A stretch of 24,000 bases of DNA from Nocardioides sp. NBC_00368 (GTDB taxonomy: Bacteria; Actinomycetota; Actinomycetes; Propionibacteriales; Nocardioidaceae). The DNA lies in the NCBI RefSeq assembly GCF_036090055.1, contig NZ_CP107970.1:2922635-2946634 (forward strand), read 5' to 3'. The position numbers and the translations under genes were made by a program. This document shows, piece by piece, positions 14,618 through 23,880 of this stretch. The notes beneath the pieces were generated by a model. It worked only from the letters and a program-made list of their open reading frames with translations. It ran no database searches and had not been told where the DNA came from. Each line of letters begins with the position of its first letter. Position 1 is the stretch's first letter.

Positions 14618-14980
14618 ATGCAGCCGACGTCCACCTCCGATGCGCCGACCGGGCCCGCGGTCGCCCAGGGCGTGTTCAACATCGTCGGAGGCCTGTGGCC
14701 GCTGCTGAGCCTGCGCAGCTTCGAGTGGGTGTTCGGGCCGAAACGGGAGCGCTGGCTCGAGTACACCGTGGCCGGTCTGCTCTGCGTCAACGGCGCCACG
14801 CAGATCGCCGCCGCCCGAGCCGGGGAGCCCCTCGCCGCCCGCCGGATCGGACAGGGCACCGCGCTCACCCTGCTCGCGATCGACCTCGTGTACGTCCCGA
14901 AGGGGCGGATCCGCTGGACCTACCTGATCGACGCCGCGATGGAGGCCGGCTGGCTGGCGGCCTGGCGAGGAGCCCGCTGA
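14618..14980 (+). CDS. Small membrane protein (120 aa), unknown function
   Basis: Three to four hydrophobic segments. The stop overlaps the ATG of the next ORF (TGATG). Confidence 0.55.
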   Translation: MQPTSTSDAPTGPAVAQGVFNIVGGLWPLLSLRSFEWVFGPKRERWLEYTVAGLLCVNGATQIAAARAGEPLAARRIGQGTALTLLAIDLVYVPKGRIRWTYLIDAAMEAGWLAAWRGAR

Positions 14981-15432
14981 TGGTGACGAACGGAGTCGTC
15001 CTCGTCTGGCTCTTCACGATGGCCGCCGGAGCCTTCATGTTCGGCACCGCGAGCCGCTTCGGCGCTCCGCCCGCAGCCATCCGCAACTCGCGACTGCCGA
15101 TCCCGGCGCTGCTCTCCCACCCCACCCTGACGGGAGGCGCCTTCGCGGCCTGGCTGGGTTTCATCATCACCGAGGAGCGCGCCTGGGCCTGGGTCGCCGT
15201 CGGCATGCTCGCCGCCGGTATCTGCCTCGGCGCCCTTCTGTTCGTACGCACCATGAAGCCCGAGCACGTCGTCCTGGCCGAGGAGACCGACGAGGTCGTC
15301 GGCGATCCCGTCCGCGTGCCGTACGACGTCGCCGAGCACGAGATCCCGCGCCCGGTGATCTACGGCCACGGGATCTTCGCCGCCGTCACCTTCACTCTCG
15401 TCCTGCTGGTCGCGCTCGGCGTCGTCAGCTGA
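14980..15432 (+). CDS. Membrane protein (150 aa), unknown function
   Basis: The ATG at 14980 is translationally coupled to the previous ORF. It has four hydrophobic helices. The track's longer form starting at 14695 overlaps the previous gene in another frame. Confidence 0.55.
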   Translation: MVTNGVVLVWLFTMAAGAFMFGTASRFGAPPAAIRNSRLPIPALLSHPTLTGGAFAAWLGFIITEERAWAWVAVGMLAAGICLGALLFVRTMKPEHVVLAEETDEVVGDPVRVPYDVAEHEIPRPVIYGHGIFAAVTFTLVLLVALGVVS

Positions 15433-15449
15433 CGTTCGTCCACGACTCT

Positions 15450-16208
15450 CTAGAGGTTGAACCCGCCGGAGGCCTCGATGTCCTGGCCCGTGACCCAGCG
15501 AGCGCCGTCGGACAGGAGGAACGCGATCACCCCGGCGATGTCCTCGCCCTCGCCGATCCGGCCCAGGGCCGTCTGGGCCGCGAGCGGGGCGATGAGCTCC
15601 GGGTGCTTGGCGAACCCGTCGTCGCCCAGTCGGGTCCGTGTGGGTCCCGGCGCGACCGAGTTGACCCGGATCCCCCGCGGGCTGAGCTCCTTGGCCAGGT
15701 AACGGGTCCACACCACGACGGCTCCCTTCAGCGCGCCGTAGGCCGAGTATCCGGGGGTGAGACCGGTCAGCCCGGCGGCGTTGCTGGAGGTGTTCACGAT
15801 GGCGCCGCCGTCAGCCAGGAGGGGCAGCAACTGCTGCGTGAGAAAGTAGGGCCCCTTGAGCAGCGCGTCGGAGAGCTCGTCGAACGTCCCGACGTCCATC
15901 TGATCGAAGGGCAGGGCACGCGAGAGTCCGGCGTTGTTGACGAGGCTGGTGAGACGGTCGCTCTGCCAGACGTCTTTCAGACAGCGTCGTACGTCCTCCA
16001 CGAAACCGTCGAAGGTCTCGACGCTCCCGACATCGAGCGCGAGCGCCGCCGCGGTCCCACCCGACCTCGTGATCTGCTCGACGGTCGCCTCGGCCCCGTC
16101 GGGGTTGTTGCGGTAGGTCACGATCACGCCGGTCCCCTGACGTGAGAGCTGGAGCGCCGTGCTCTGGCCGATGCCTGAGCTACCACCGGTGATGAGAGAG
16201 ATGTTCAT
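15450..16208 (-). CDS. Short-chain dehydrogenase/reductase (SDR family oxidoreductase)
   Basis: 'ITGGSSGIGQ' (TGxxxGxG) cofactor motif, 'NNAG', and the catalytic 'YxxxK' ('YGALKGAV'). Confidence 0.9.
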   Translation of the reverse strand: MNISLITGGSSGIGQSTALQLSRQGTGVIVTYRNNPDGAEATVEQITRSGGTAAALALDVGSVETFDGFVEDVRRCLKDVWQSDRLTSLVNNAGLSRALPFDQMDVGTFDELSDALLKGPYFLTQQLLPLLADGGAIVNTSSNAAGLTGLTPGYSAYGALKGAVVVWTRYLAKELSPRGIRVNSVAPGPTRTRLGDDGFAKHPELIAPLAAQTALGRIGEGEDIAGVIAFLLSDGARWVTGQDIEASGGFNL

Positions 16209-16390
16209 GCCTTCGAGCCTGGGGCATGGCGACCCGATGCCCTAGACCGTTCCTGGTGATCTCTTGCCTGATCCTGCTCGGTTGGCTCCTTGTGCGCAAC
16301 AGGGACACGTCCTCTCGCCACCGGCCATCCGGTCAAGCACGGGCGACGGATGATCAAGGCGGTCGGTCGGATCGCGGCGACGATCGAAGG

Positions 16391-17572
16391 GTGACAACAA
16401 CTTCGCCGGCTTCGACCGCCACCTCGACCACCCCACCGACCACGACCTCCGGCCGCGCCGCGCCGGTGGTCGCGCTCGCCGCCGGAATCGCGCTCCTGGT
16501 CTCGAGCGAATTCCTACCGGCGGGCGTACTGCCCACCATGGCGCGTGACCTCGGGATCAGCGAGGGGACCGCCGGGCTCGCGGTGGCGGCGACGGCGATC
16601 GCCGGGGCGGCCACCGCGCCCAGCATCGCCATGGTCTTCCCGCGGATGGACCGGCGTACGCTGCTGGTCGGCCTGCTCGTCGCCGCCGCGGTCGCCAACC
16701 TGGCGGTCGCGGTGGCACCGGGCTTCGTCGTCCTGCTGCTCGGCAGACTGGTGCTCGGCGCGGCGATCGCCGGCTACTGGTCCTTCGCCTTCGCCGTCGG
16801 GACGTACGCCTCACCCGGCCGTGACCACGTCATCTCGACCTCGATCGCGCTGGGTGTCACGGTAGCCACGATCGTCGGCCTGCCGCTGGGCTCGCTGCTC
16901 GCCGACGGACCCGGCTGGCGCTGGGGGTTCGCGGCGGCCACGGTGCTGAGCCTGGTCTCCGCCGCGGCGCTGGCGCGGGCGCTGCCGCCGGTCCCCGCCC
17001 ACCCGGGGGCGGGGCTGACCATGATGCGTCAGGCCCTCCGCAACCCGCTCCTGGTGGCCGGCGTGGTGGTGCTGGTCGTGGTGGTGCTCGGGAACTTCCT
17101 CGCGTACCCGTTCATCCGGATCGCCATCGCCGAGACCTCTCCGGGCGCAGGCATGTGGATGCTGGCGCTGTGGGGCGTCGGCGGGCTCTTCGGCAACCTG
17201 GCGGCCGGCCGGTTCTCCCACCGCCTGCGCGCGGTCGTGACCGTCGCGCCGCTCCTTCTCGCCGGCGGGCTGTTGCTGACCGTCCTCGCCGAGAGCACAC
17301 CGGTGATGGCGTTGGCGATGCTCGTGTGGGGATTCGGGTTCAACATGGTGCCGGTCGGCACGCAGCTGTGGGTGACGCGCGTCGAGCCGGAGCGCACCGA
17401 GTCGGCGCTGGCGCTCCAGGTCACCGCGTTCCAGGTGGCGATCACCCTCGGGGCGGCCCTAGGAGGCGCGGTCCTGGACGAGTACGGCGTCGGGCGCGTG
17501 CTCCTCATCGGCGCGATCGGCGCGGCCGTCGCCGCGGCGGGCTTCGCCGCGCTCCGCGTGCCGCGCTCCTGA
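16391..17572 (+). CDS. MFS transporter (DHA1-like); start uncertain
   Basis: Twelve hydrophobic helices. The first in-frame ATG (16226) lies 17 nt from the divergent SDR start, and codons 16226-16390 have poor GC3. I therefore prefer GTG 16391. Confidence 0.8.
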   Translation: MTTTSPASTATSTTPPTTTSGRAAPVVALAAGIALLVSSEFLPAGVLPTMARDLGISEGTAGLAVAATAIAGAATAPSIAMVFPRMDRRTLLVGLLVAAAVANLAVAVAPGFVVLLLGRLVLGAAIAGYWSFAFAVGTYASPGRDHVISTSIALGVTVATIVGLPLGSLLADGPGWRWGFAAATVLSLVSAAALARALPPVPAHPGAGLTMMRQALRNPLLVAGVVVLVVVVLGNFLAYPFIRIAIAETSPGAGMWMLALWGVGGLFGNLAAGRFSHRLRAVVTVAPLLLAGGLLLTVLAESTPVMALAMLVWGFGFNMVPVGTQLWVTRVEPERTESALALQVTAFQVAITLGAALGGAVLDEYGVGRVLLIGAIGAAVAAAGFAALRVPRS

Positions 17573-18349
17573 GGCGTCCTCGCGCCACGCCTGTGGACCG
17601 ATCCCGTGGGTGGCGGTGAAGGCGCGGCTGAACGCCGCGCCCGATCCGTAGCCCACGGCGTACGCCACCTGCTCGACCGGACGGTCACCGCCGGCCAGCA
17701 GGTGGCGGGCCGCACGCATCCGGACGTCGCGCAGCGCCTCGCTCGGGCTCTGTCCCAGGCTGCGCCGGAACCGCTCCCCCAGCGCCGACCTGGACAGATG
17801 CACCGACTCCGCCATGGCCTCGACCGACCAGGCCCGGCCCGGATCCTCGACCAGCGCGGACAGCACCTGTGCGACCGACGGGTCCAGGGCGGGCGCGGGA
17901 CCATCCGTCCCGCGCCCGGTGTCCTCGAGCCAGGAGGCCGTCATCGCCGCGCCCAGCAGCGACGCGTAGCCCGACGCGAACAGCGCCGACGGACGGCACG
18001 GCCCCGCCAGCGGGCACCGGCGGAGCAGCTCGGCCACGCCGCCGTGCCTGCCGACGAAGTCGCGCACGACCAGCGGGTTGGCGAGCGGGTAGCCCACCGC
18101 GACCGCCCGCAGGTCGGCCCGGATCAGGGCCGCCCCGTCGTGGGTCGCCACCCGGTGGCTGACCTGTCCCCCGACCAGAGCCGCGTCGCCCGCGCGGAGG
18201 AGGTGCGACTGCCCGGCGGCGGTCAGCACCACCGTGCCGTCGTCGACGAGCAACCAGGCGGCGGAGCGTACGTCCTCACCGGCGGAGCCGGCGGACAGCA
18301 CGTCCTGATAGGCGAACGTCATCTCCCACGCCGGACTGTCCTGGTTCAC
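17459..18349 (-). CDS. AraC-family transcriptional regulator with an N-terminal cupin-like sensor domain
   Basis: C-terminal AraC HTH ('SVEAMAESVHLSRSALGERFRRSLGQSP...VAYAVGYGSGAAFSRAFTATHGIGPQAWR'). The 3' tail of about 35 codons overlaps the convergent MFS gene. Confidence 0.85.
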   Translation of the reverse strand: MNQDSPAWEMTFAYQDVLSAGSAGEDVRSAAWLLVDDGTVVLTAAGQSHLLRAGDAALVGGQVSHRVATHDGAALIRADLRAVAVGYPLANPLVVRDFVGRHGGVAELLRRCPLAGPCRPSALFASGYASLLGAAMTASWLEDTGRGTDGPAPALDPSVAQVLSALVEDPGRAWSVEAMAESVHLSRSALGERFRRSLGQSPSEALRDVRMRAARHLLAGGDRPVEQVAYAVGYGSGAAFSRAFTATHGIGPQAWREDASGARHAERGEARRGDGRADRADEEHAPDAVLVQDRAS

Positions 18350-18391
18350 ACCTGACCCAGCGCGCGGGCGCCGCCGGGCTATTCCCGAGCC

Positions 18392-19213
18392 TCAGTCGGC
18401 GATGAACTCGAGGATGTCGGCGATCAGGGCGTCCTGGTAGTCGCCGGCGATGCCGTGCGGAGCACCCTCGTAGACCTTCAGGGTGCCGTCGGAGACGAGC
18501 TTGATCGCCTTCTCGGCGGCGGCCGCGATCGGCACGATCTGGTCGTCGCCGCCGTGCGCGATCAGGATCGGCACGTCGAGGGCCTTCAGGTCCTCGGTGA
18601 AGTCGGTCTCGGAGAAGACCTTGACGCAGTTGTACGCAGCGACCAGACCGGCCAGCATCCCCTGGCGCTGGAAGTCGTCGATGAGGCCCTGCGAGACCTT
18701 GGCGCCGTCGCGGTTGAAGCCGTAGAACGACACCGCCAGGTCCTTGTAGAACTGCGAGCGGTCGGCGAGCACACCGGCGCGGATGCCGTCGAAGACCTCG
18801 ATCGGCGTCCCTTCGGGGTTGGTCTCCGACTGGAGCATGACCGGCGGCACCGCGCCGGCGGTGACGACCTTGCGGACGCGGCCCTTGCCGTGCTGAGCCG
18901 CGTAGCGGACGGCCTCGCCACCACCGGTCGAGTGCCCGATCACGACGAGCTCGGTGAGGTCGAGGTGCTCGATGAGCTCGGCCAGGTCGCGGGCGTAGGT
19001 GTCCATGTCGTGACCGCGGTCGGTGTTGGTCGAGCGGCCGTGACCCCGACGGTCGTGGGAGATGACGCGGTAGCCGGCGTCGGAGAGCAGCTTGGCCGCG
19101 GCCGCCCAGGCGTCCGAGCTCAGCGGCCAGCCGTGGCTCAGCACGACCGGCCTCCCGGTACCCCAGTCGGTGTAGTAGATCTCGGTGCCGTCAGAGGTGG
19201 TGAAGGTAGGCAT
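18392..19213 (-). CDS. Alpha/beta hydrolase (non-haem haloperoxidase / arylesterase-like)
   Basis: 'MPTFTTSDGTEIYYTDWGTGRPVVLSHGWPLSSDAW' and the nucleophile elbow 'GHSTGG'. Start at ATG 19213, not the track's 19375. Confidence 0.88.
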   Translation of the reverse strand: MPTFTTSDGTEIYYTDWGTGRPVVLSHGWPLSSDAWAAAAKLLSDAGYRVISHDRRGHGRSTNTDRGHDMDTYARDLAELIEHLDLTELVVIGHSTGGGEAVRYAAQHGKGRVRKVVTAGAVPPVMLQSETNPEGTPIEVFDGIRAGVLADRSQFYKDLAVSFYGFNRDGAKVSQGLIDDFQRQGMLAGLVAAYNCVKVFSETDFTEDLKALDVPILIAHGGDDQIVPIAAAAEKAIKLVSDGTLKVYEGAPHGIAGDYQDALIADILEFIAD

Positions 19214-19390
19214 GGTGGAAGTCCTCGAGGTTCTGCGCCGGTCTGCCGCCCCCATCGCCGGAGCGGTCGCGGACCCGACGCGATATCCATCCTCCGCCTC
19301 GGGAACCCCTTTCGGCCCCGCCGTATCTGCCCGATACCCCACGAATCCGGACACCTTCGACCGCACCTCGACCACAACGGCCGAGCCTCG

Positions 19391-19768
19391 TCAGGTCCAG
19401 GGGTTGTCCCAGCGCCCATCGGCCTGCGCCGCCCGGACCTCGGCGATCCCCGCCGGCCGCATCCGGCCCTCGGCGGTGAGGCGCTCGACCTTGGAGATGT
19501 TGAGCCGGGACCACTTCGAGCCCGGACGCCGGCGGGTGTAGCGCTGCAGGTAGGTCTCCTCATCGCCTCGGCGGCGTACGGCCGAGATCCAGCCGAAGCA
19601 GAGGCCGACGTCCACGAGCTCGTCGGAGGTCAGCGAGGCCGGCTCGACGCCCTTCCGGGTCAGCCTCAGCCACACGGCCCGGGTGTCGGGGTCGGCGGTC
19701 TCGAACCAGGCCTCCACCTCGGCCACCGAGGGCCGGTCCAGCACGGGCTCGCCGTCAATGATCTCCAC
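19391..19768 (-). CDS. YdeI/OmpD-associated-family-like protein (short form)
   Basis: 'AVWLRLTRKG..SLTSDELVDVGLCFGWISAVRRRGDEETYLQRYTRRRPGSKWSRLNISKVERLTAEGRMRPAG' matches the N-terminal region of YdeI-type proteins. Confidence 0.6.
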   Translation of the reverse strand: MEIIDGEPVLDRPSVAEVEAWFETADPDTRAVWLRLTRKGVEPASLTSDELVDVGLCFGWISAVRRRGDEETYLQRYTRRRPGSKWSRLNISKVERLTAEGRMRPAGIAEVRAAQADGRWDNPWT

Positions 19769-19777
19769 CCGGCCAAT

Positions 19778-21277
19778 CTAGTGGTCGGCCGAGCAGTGGT
19801 AGTCGCGCATCGGGCGCGCACCCGTGGTCAGATAGGTGGTCACCGCGTGGTTCGCGCAGCGGTTCCTGCCGCCCGGGTAGACGCCGTGGCCGCTCTGATC
19901 GGCGGTCACCATGGTGGCTCGCTCGCCCAAGGCCGTCCGCATCTTCCGCGCACCGGCGAGCGGTGTCGCCGGGTCGCGAAGGTTCTGCACCATCAGTACG
20001 TTGGACGGACCCCGATCGGTGATCCGGACCTGCGGTTCGACGGGATCCGGCCAGTACGCGCAGGGGGTGATGTTGGCTCCCGCGGCACCGAACAGCGGAT
20101 ACCTGACCCTGTCGACGGCGACGTTGCGCTGGTAGGTCGCAACCGACGACGGCCAACGCGCGTCGTTGCAGATCATGTAGTAGCGGCCGGAGATGAGGTT
20201 GTCCACGTCGGTCACGGCGTCGCCTCCGGGCAGCGGGGGCGGCGGCTGGTTCGCGTCGACCGCCTGCCAGATGCCGGCCAGCAGCGGGAGCTGGGTCGGG
20301 CCGTACAGCAGGCCGAAGTTGATCAGGCGGAACGAGACGTGGTCGAAGGGGCCGTCCGGTGTCTGGATCGGCTTCTTCTCCAGCTGCGCGGCGAGCTCGA
20401 AGTACTTCGCTCGTACCTGCGCGGGGGTCGTGCCCAGGCCGTACTCGCGGTGATTCGCGGCAGCGAACTTCGCGAAGGCCGGGAAGGTGTCCTCGACACC
20501 CTGGGACCACAGCCGGTCGCTCGCGTAGTCCCAGCCACCCGGCCCCAGGTTGCTGTCGAGCACGATCCGGTCGCTGCGCTGCGGGAACAGGGTGGTGTAG
20601 ACGGCGCCCAGGTGGGTTCCCCAGGAGGCGCCGGCGTACGACAGCTTCGACTCGCCCAGCGCCGCCCGGATCCGATCCATGTCGCGTGCGGTGTTGGCCG
20701 GGCTGATGTGCGGCAGCATCCAGGACGTCTTCGACGTCCTGCACTGCTGCGCGATCTGCTTGCTCGCGGTTGCGTGCGCGGTCACGTCGGCGGCGTCGAG
20801 CGGGTACGGCGGGATGCTCCCGGTCAGCAGCTGCTCCGCGGTGAGGTCGCACGTCACCGGCGTGCTGCGGCCGATCCCGCGCGGGTCGAAGCCGATCACG
20901 TCGTAGCTGTCCTGGACGCTCTGCGGGAGGCCCATCGCGACAAGCATGGCCGGGTAGTTCTCGCCCGCGGAGGGGCCACCGGGGTTGGTCACCAGGATGC
21001 CGCGCCGCTTGGCGGGCTTCGTGCTCGCCAGCCGCGAGACCGCGATGTCGATCGTCTTGCCGTCCGGGATGCTGTAGTCCAAGGGGACCTTCAGGGTCCC
21101 GCACTGCATCCTCTCCGGGATCGGCACCGGAGAGATCTCGGCGGGGCACGTGCCCCACGTGATGCTGTCCGGTGCGGCGGCGTGTGCCTTGTCTGGACCG
21201 GCCAGCGAGACCACTGGGGCCAGTGTGGCCGCCAGCGAGACGACGGCGACGGTGAGCGGTACCGAGATGCGTTTCAT
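19778..21277 (-). CDS. Secreted alpha/beta hydrolase, S33 tripeptidyl-aminopeptidase-like
   Basis: ATG 21277 with a GGAGGAAGAG RBS. Signal peptide 'MKRISVPLTVAVVSLAATLAPVVSLAG'. Motifs 'GFDPRGIGRSTP' and the nucleophile 'GASWGT'. The track's 620-aa form has an implausible extension. Confidence 0.85.
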   Translation of the reverse strand: MKRISVPLTVAVVSLAATLAPVVSLAGPDKAHAAAPDSITWGTCPAEISPVPIPERMQCGTLKVPLDYSIPDGKTIDIAVSRLASTKPAKRRGILVTNPGGPSAGENYPAMLVAMGLPQSVQDSYDVIGFDPRGIGRSTPVTCDLTAEQLLTGSIPPYPLDAADVTAHATASKQIAQQCRTSKTSWMLPHISPANTARDMDRIRAALGESKLSYAGASWGTHLGAVYTTLFPQRSDRIVLDSNLGPGGWDYASDRLWSQGVEDTFPAFAKFAAANHREYGLGTTPAQVRAKYFELAAQLEKKPIQTPDGPFDHVSFRLINFGLLYGPTQLPLLAGIWQAVDANQPPPPLPGGDAVTDVDNLISGRYYMICNDARWPSSVATYQRNVAVDRVRYPLFGAAGANITPCAYWPDPVEPQVRITDRGPSNVLMVQNLRDPATPLAGARKMRTALGERATMVTADQSGHGVYPGGRNRCANHAVTTYLTTGARPMRDYHCSADH

Positions 21278-21491
21278 CTCTTCCTCCGAGGATGGGGCTG
21301 GGACGGTGTCAGTCTTCGCTGATCGGAGGACGGGAACATCCGGCCGAAGACCATTCCCGGGGCGGTCGAAAGGACTATTGACGGGTGGGGAAAGTCGTAG
21401 CGGCGCGGGTCGCTGCCCCTGCTGAAGACGCTTGCCGTACGAGTCGGCGACGACGGTTGGCGGTTGGGCCACGATCGGCAAGGATGTCCCC

Positions 21492-22274
21492 GTGATCGAC
21501 GAGCGCCCCATCAAGACCTGGCTGACCGACATGGACGGTGTCCTGGTGCGTGAGGAGGAGCCCATCCCGGGAGCCGCCGAGTTCCTGAAGAAGCTCACCG
21601 AGGCGTCGGTGCCGTTCATGGTGCTGACCAACAACTCCATCTACACCCCGAGAGACCTGCGGGTCCGGCTGCTCCGCTCCGGCCTGGACGTGCCCGAGAA
21701 GTCGATCTGGACCTCGGCGATGGCCACCGCGCAGTTCCTCGCCGACCAGCGGCCGGACGGCTCGGCGTACGTCGTGGGTGAGGCCGGACTGACGACCGCG
21801 CTGCACGCGGTCGGCTACGTGATGACGGAGAACGACCCCGACTACGTCGTGCTGGGCGAGACCCGCACCTACTCGTTCGAGTCGATCACCCGGGCGATCC
21901 GGCTGATCGAGGGCGGCGCCCGGTTCATCGCGACCAACCCGGACCCGAGCGGGCCGAGCCCGCAGGGCACCCTCCCCGCGACCGGCTCGGTGGCCGCGCT
22001 GATCAGTGCCGCGACCAACCGGGCGCCCTACTACATCGGGAAGCCCAACCCGCTGATGATGCGCAGCGCCCTCAACCAGCTCGAGGCCCACTCCGAGACC
22101 ACGGTGATGATCGGCGACCGGATGGACACCGACATCATCAGCGGGCTCGAGGCCGGCATGCGCACGATCCTCGTCGAGACCGGGTCGACCAAGCCCGAGC
22201 AGGTCGAGACCTTCCCGTTCCGGCCGACGCGCGTGGTCGCCTCGATCGCCGACGTACTGCCGCTGCTCGACTGA
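21492..22274 (+). CDS. HAD-IIA family hydrolase (NagD-like phosphatase)
   Basis: '[10 protein letters not shown]' DxDG motif and the C-terminal 'IGDRMDTDI'. GTG 21492 has AAGGA about 7 nt upstream. An alternative ATG lies at 21432. Confidence 0.85.
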   Translation: MIDERPIKTWLTDMDGVLVREEEPIPGAAEFLKKLTEASVPFMVLTNNSIYTPRDLRVRLLRSGLDVPEKSIWTSAMATAQFLADQRPDGSAYVVGEAGLTTALHAVGYVMTENDPDYVVLGETRTYSFESITRAIRLIEGGARFIATNPDPSGPSPQGTLPATGSVAALISAATNRAPYYIGKPNPLMMRSALNQLEAHSETTVMIGDRMDTDIISGLEAGMRTILVETGSTKPEQVETFPFRPTRVVASIADVLPLLD

Positions 22275-22293
22275 GGATCGGCCCGGCGAGGAC

Positions 22294-23325
22294 TCAGTCG
22301 GCGAGCTCGAACTCGGCTCGTCCCCGGGCGCGACCGCGCTCGGCGGAGAGAGCGGACCGGAACCGGCGCTGATACTGCGACGGCGAGATGCCGAGGCGCG
22401 TGACGAACGTACGCCGCAGCGCCTCCGGGCTGCCGTATCCCGACTGCACCGCCGCCTCGGTCACGCTCGCGCCGACCTCGAGGTGCATCCGGGCGAGGTC
22501 GAAACGCACCGCTGTGACGTACTCCGAGGGCGTCTGGCCGAGCTCGTCGCGGAAGCGCCGGGCCAGATGGCGCGGGCTGGTCGAGACGAGCCGGGCGAGG
22601 TCGGTCACGGTCCACGCACGAGTGGGATCGGCGTCGACCAGATCGGTCGCACGGCGCACGATCGACGCCGGTTGCGCCCGGGCCCGCAGCGGGACCGAGT
22701 ACTGCGACTGGCCGCCGGAGCGCTGCAGGTAGACGAGGAGGAGCTGGGCGACCTGTCGCGCGATGTCGGCCCCGTGGTCGTCCTCGACCAGGGCGAGCGC
22801 CAGGTCGATGCCCGCAGCGACACCGGCCGAGGTCAGGATGTCGCCGTCACGTACGAAGATCGCGTCGGGGTCCACGCGCACGCGCGGGTACAGCCGCTGG
22901 AGCTCCGGCGCGAACTTCCAGTGGGTCGTCGCGCGCCGGCCGTCGAGCATGCCGATCTCGGCGAGCACGAAGGCACCGCTGCAGATCGAGACCACCCGCC
23001 GGGCGCGCGAGACCAGCGAGATCGCCGCCTCGGTCACCGTGCTGCGTACGAACTCGTGGGGTGGCAGCTCGCTCCCCGGCACGATCACCGTGTCGAAGTC
23101 GCCCGCATCGTGGGCCGCACCGTGCACGGAGACCCGGTTGCCGAGAGAGGTCACCACGTCCTTCCCGTCCGGCGAGAGCAGCAGGATCTCGTAGGCGTCC
23201 ACCGCCTGGTTGGCCTCGACGAACACCTCGGCGGGACCGACGTAGTCGAGCGTCTTCACGCCGTCGAAGAGCAGGAATGCGATGCGGCGGCGGGCACGGG
23301 ACGGGGGCTTGGATATGTCGTTCAC
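22294..23325 (-). CDS. GlxA-family regulator (DJ-1/PfpI domain fused to an AraC-type HTH)
   Basis: 'IAFLLFDGVKTLDYVGPAEVF', 'ICSGAFVLAEIGMLDGRRATTHW', and a C-terminal AraC HTH ('WTVTDLARLVSTSPRHLARRFRDELG'). Confidence 0.88.
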   Translation of the reverse strand: MNDISKPPSRARRRIAFLLFDGVKTLDYVGPAEVFVEANQAVDAYEILLLSPDGKDVVTSLGNRVSVHGAAHDAGDFDTVIVPGSELPPHEFVRSTVTEAAISLVSRARRVVSICSGAFVLAEIGMLDGRRATTHWKFAPELQRLYPRVRVDPDAIFVRDGDILTSAGVAAGIDLALALVEDDHGADIARQVAQLLLVYLQRSGGQSQYSVPLRARAQPASIVRRATDLVDADPTRAWTVTDLARLVSTSPRHLARRFRDELGQTPSEYVTAVRFDLARMHLEVGASVTEAAVQSGYGSPEALRRTFVTRLGISPSQYQRRFRSALSAERGRARGRAEFELAD

Positions 23326-23338
23326 TCCTCGGGGCGAA

Positions 23339-23416
23339 TTACCTTGCGTACAAGGAATCTACGCGGCACTTACCTTGCACGCAAGGCTTCTCCGCCAAAA
23401 GGCTTGCGCGCAAGGG
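23339..23416. promoter_or_regulatory. Three phased palindromes of the type CCTTGC-NN-GCAAGG in the glxA-like / ohrR divergent intergenic region; candidate operator array
   Basis: The three sites are CCTTGCGTACAAGG (23342-23355), CCTTGCACGCAAGG (23373-23386) and GCTTGCGCGCAAGG (23402-23415). Their centres are spaced about 31 and 29 bp apart. The first two are each preceded by 'TTA'. Confidence 0.6.
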
Positions 23417-23431
23417 TTGTAAGGTGGGCCC

Positions 23432-23878
23432 ATGACAGAGACTCGCCACAGCCTGGAGCTGAGCGAGCAGCTGTGCTTCTCGCTCTACACGGCGCAGCGG
23501 CTCGTGACCGCGGCCTACCGACCGATCCTCGACGCCCTGGGCCTGACCTATCCCCAGTACGTCGCCATGCTCGTGCTCTGGGAGAGCTCCCCCGTCACCA
23601 TGGGCGAGCTCGGCGAGCGGCTGGGCCTCGACTACGGCACCGTCACGCCGCTGGTCAGGCGCCTGGAGGCGGCCGGGCTGATCACCCGCGAGAAGCGCCC
23701 CGAGGACCAGCGCAGCGTCCGACTGCGCCTGACCGACGCCGGCACCGAGCTCCGCAGCCGGGCCGAGGGCGTGCCCGACACCATCGCCGAGGTCATGGCG
23801 CTGCAGCCAGAGGAGTTCACCATCCTCAAGGAGTCCCTCGACCACCTCAGCGACAACGTCGCCCAGCGCCTGCGCTGA
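23432..23878 (+). CDS. ohrR: MarR-family organic-hydroperoxide sensor OhrR (1-Cys type)
   Basis: 'LSEQLCFSLYTAQRLVTAAYRPILDALGLTYPQYVAMLVLWE' aligns closely with B. subtilis OhrR ('LENQLCFLLYASSREMTKQYKPLLDKLNITYPQYLALLLLWE'). The single Cys (codon 23474-23476) is the only cysteine in the protein. Confidence 0.85.
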   Translation: MTETRHSLELSEQLCFSLYTAQRLVTAAYRPILDALGLTYPQYVAMLVLWESSPVTMGELGERLGLDYGTVTPLVRRLEAAGLITREKRPEDQRSVRLRLTDAGTELRSRAEGVPDTIAEVMALQPEEFTILKESLDHLSDNVAQRLR

Positions 23879-23880
23879 GC

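Noticed and set aside
19214-19768. YdeI-like gene as a frameshifted pseudogene, since it lacks the C-terminal OmdA-type segment I expected
   Set aside because: I translated the downstream 177 nt in the other frames and saw nothing resembling the missing segment. A naturally short family member is equally plausible, so there is not enough evidence for a pseudogene call.
18455-21322. 955-aa plus-strand ORF, the longest in the track
   Set aside because: It runs antisense across three separate, well-supported minus-strand genes (alpha/beta hydrolase, YdeI-like, S33 peptidase) and their intergenic regions. Its composition is Arg/Gly/Asp/Val-rich junk.
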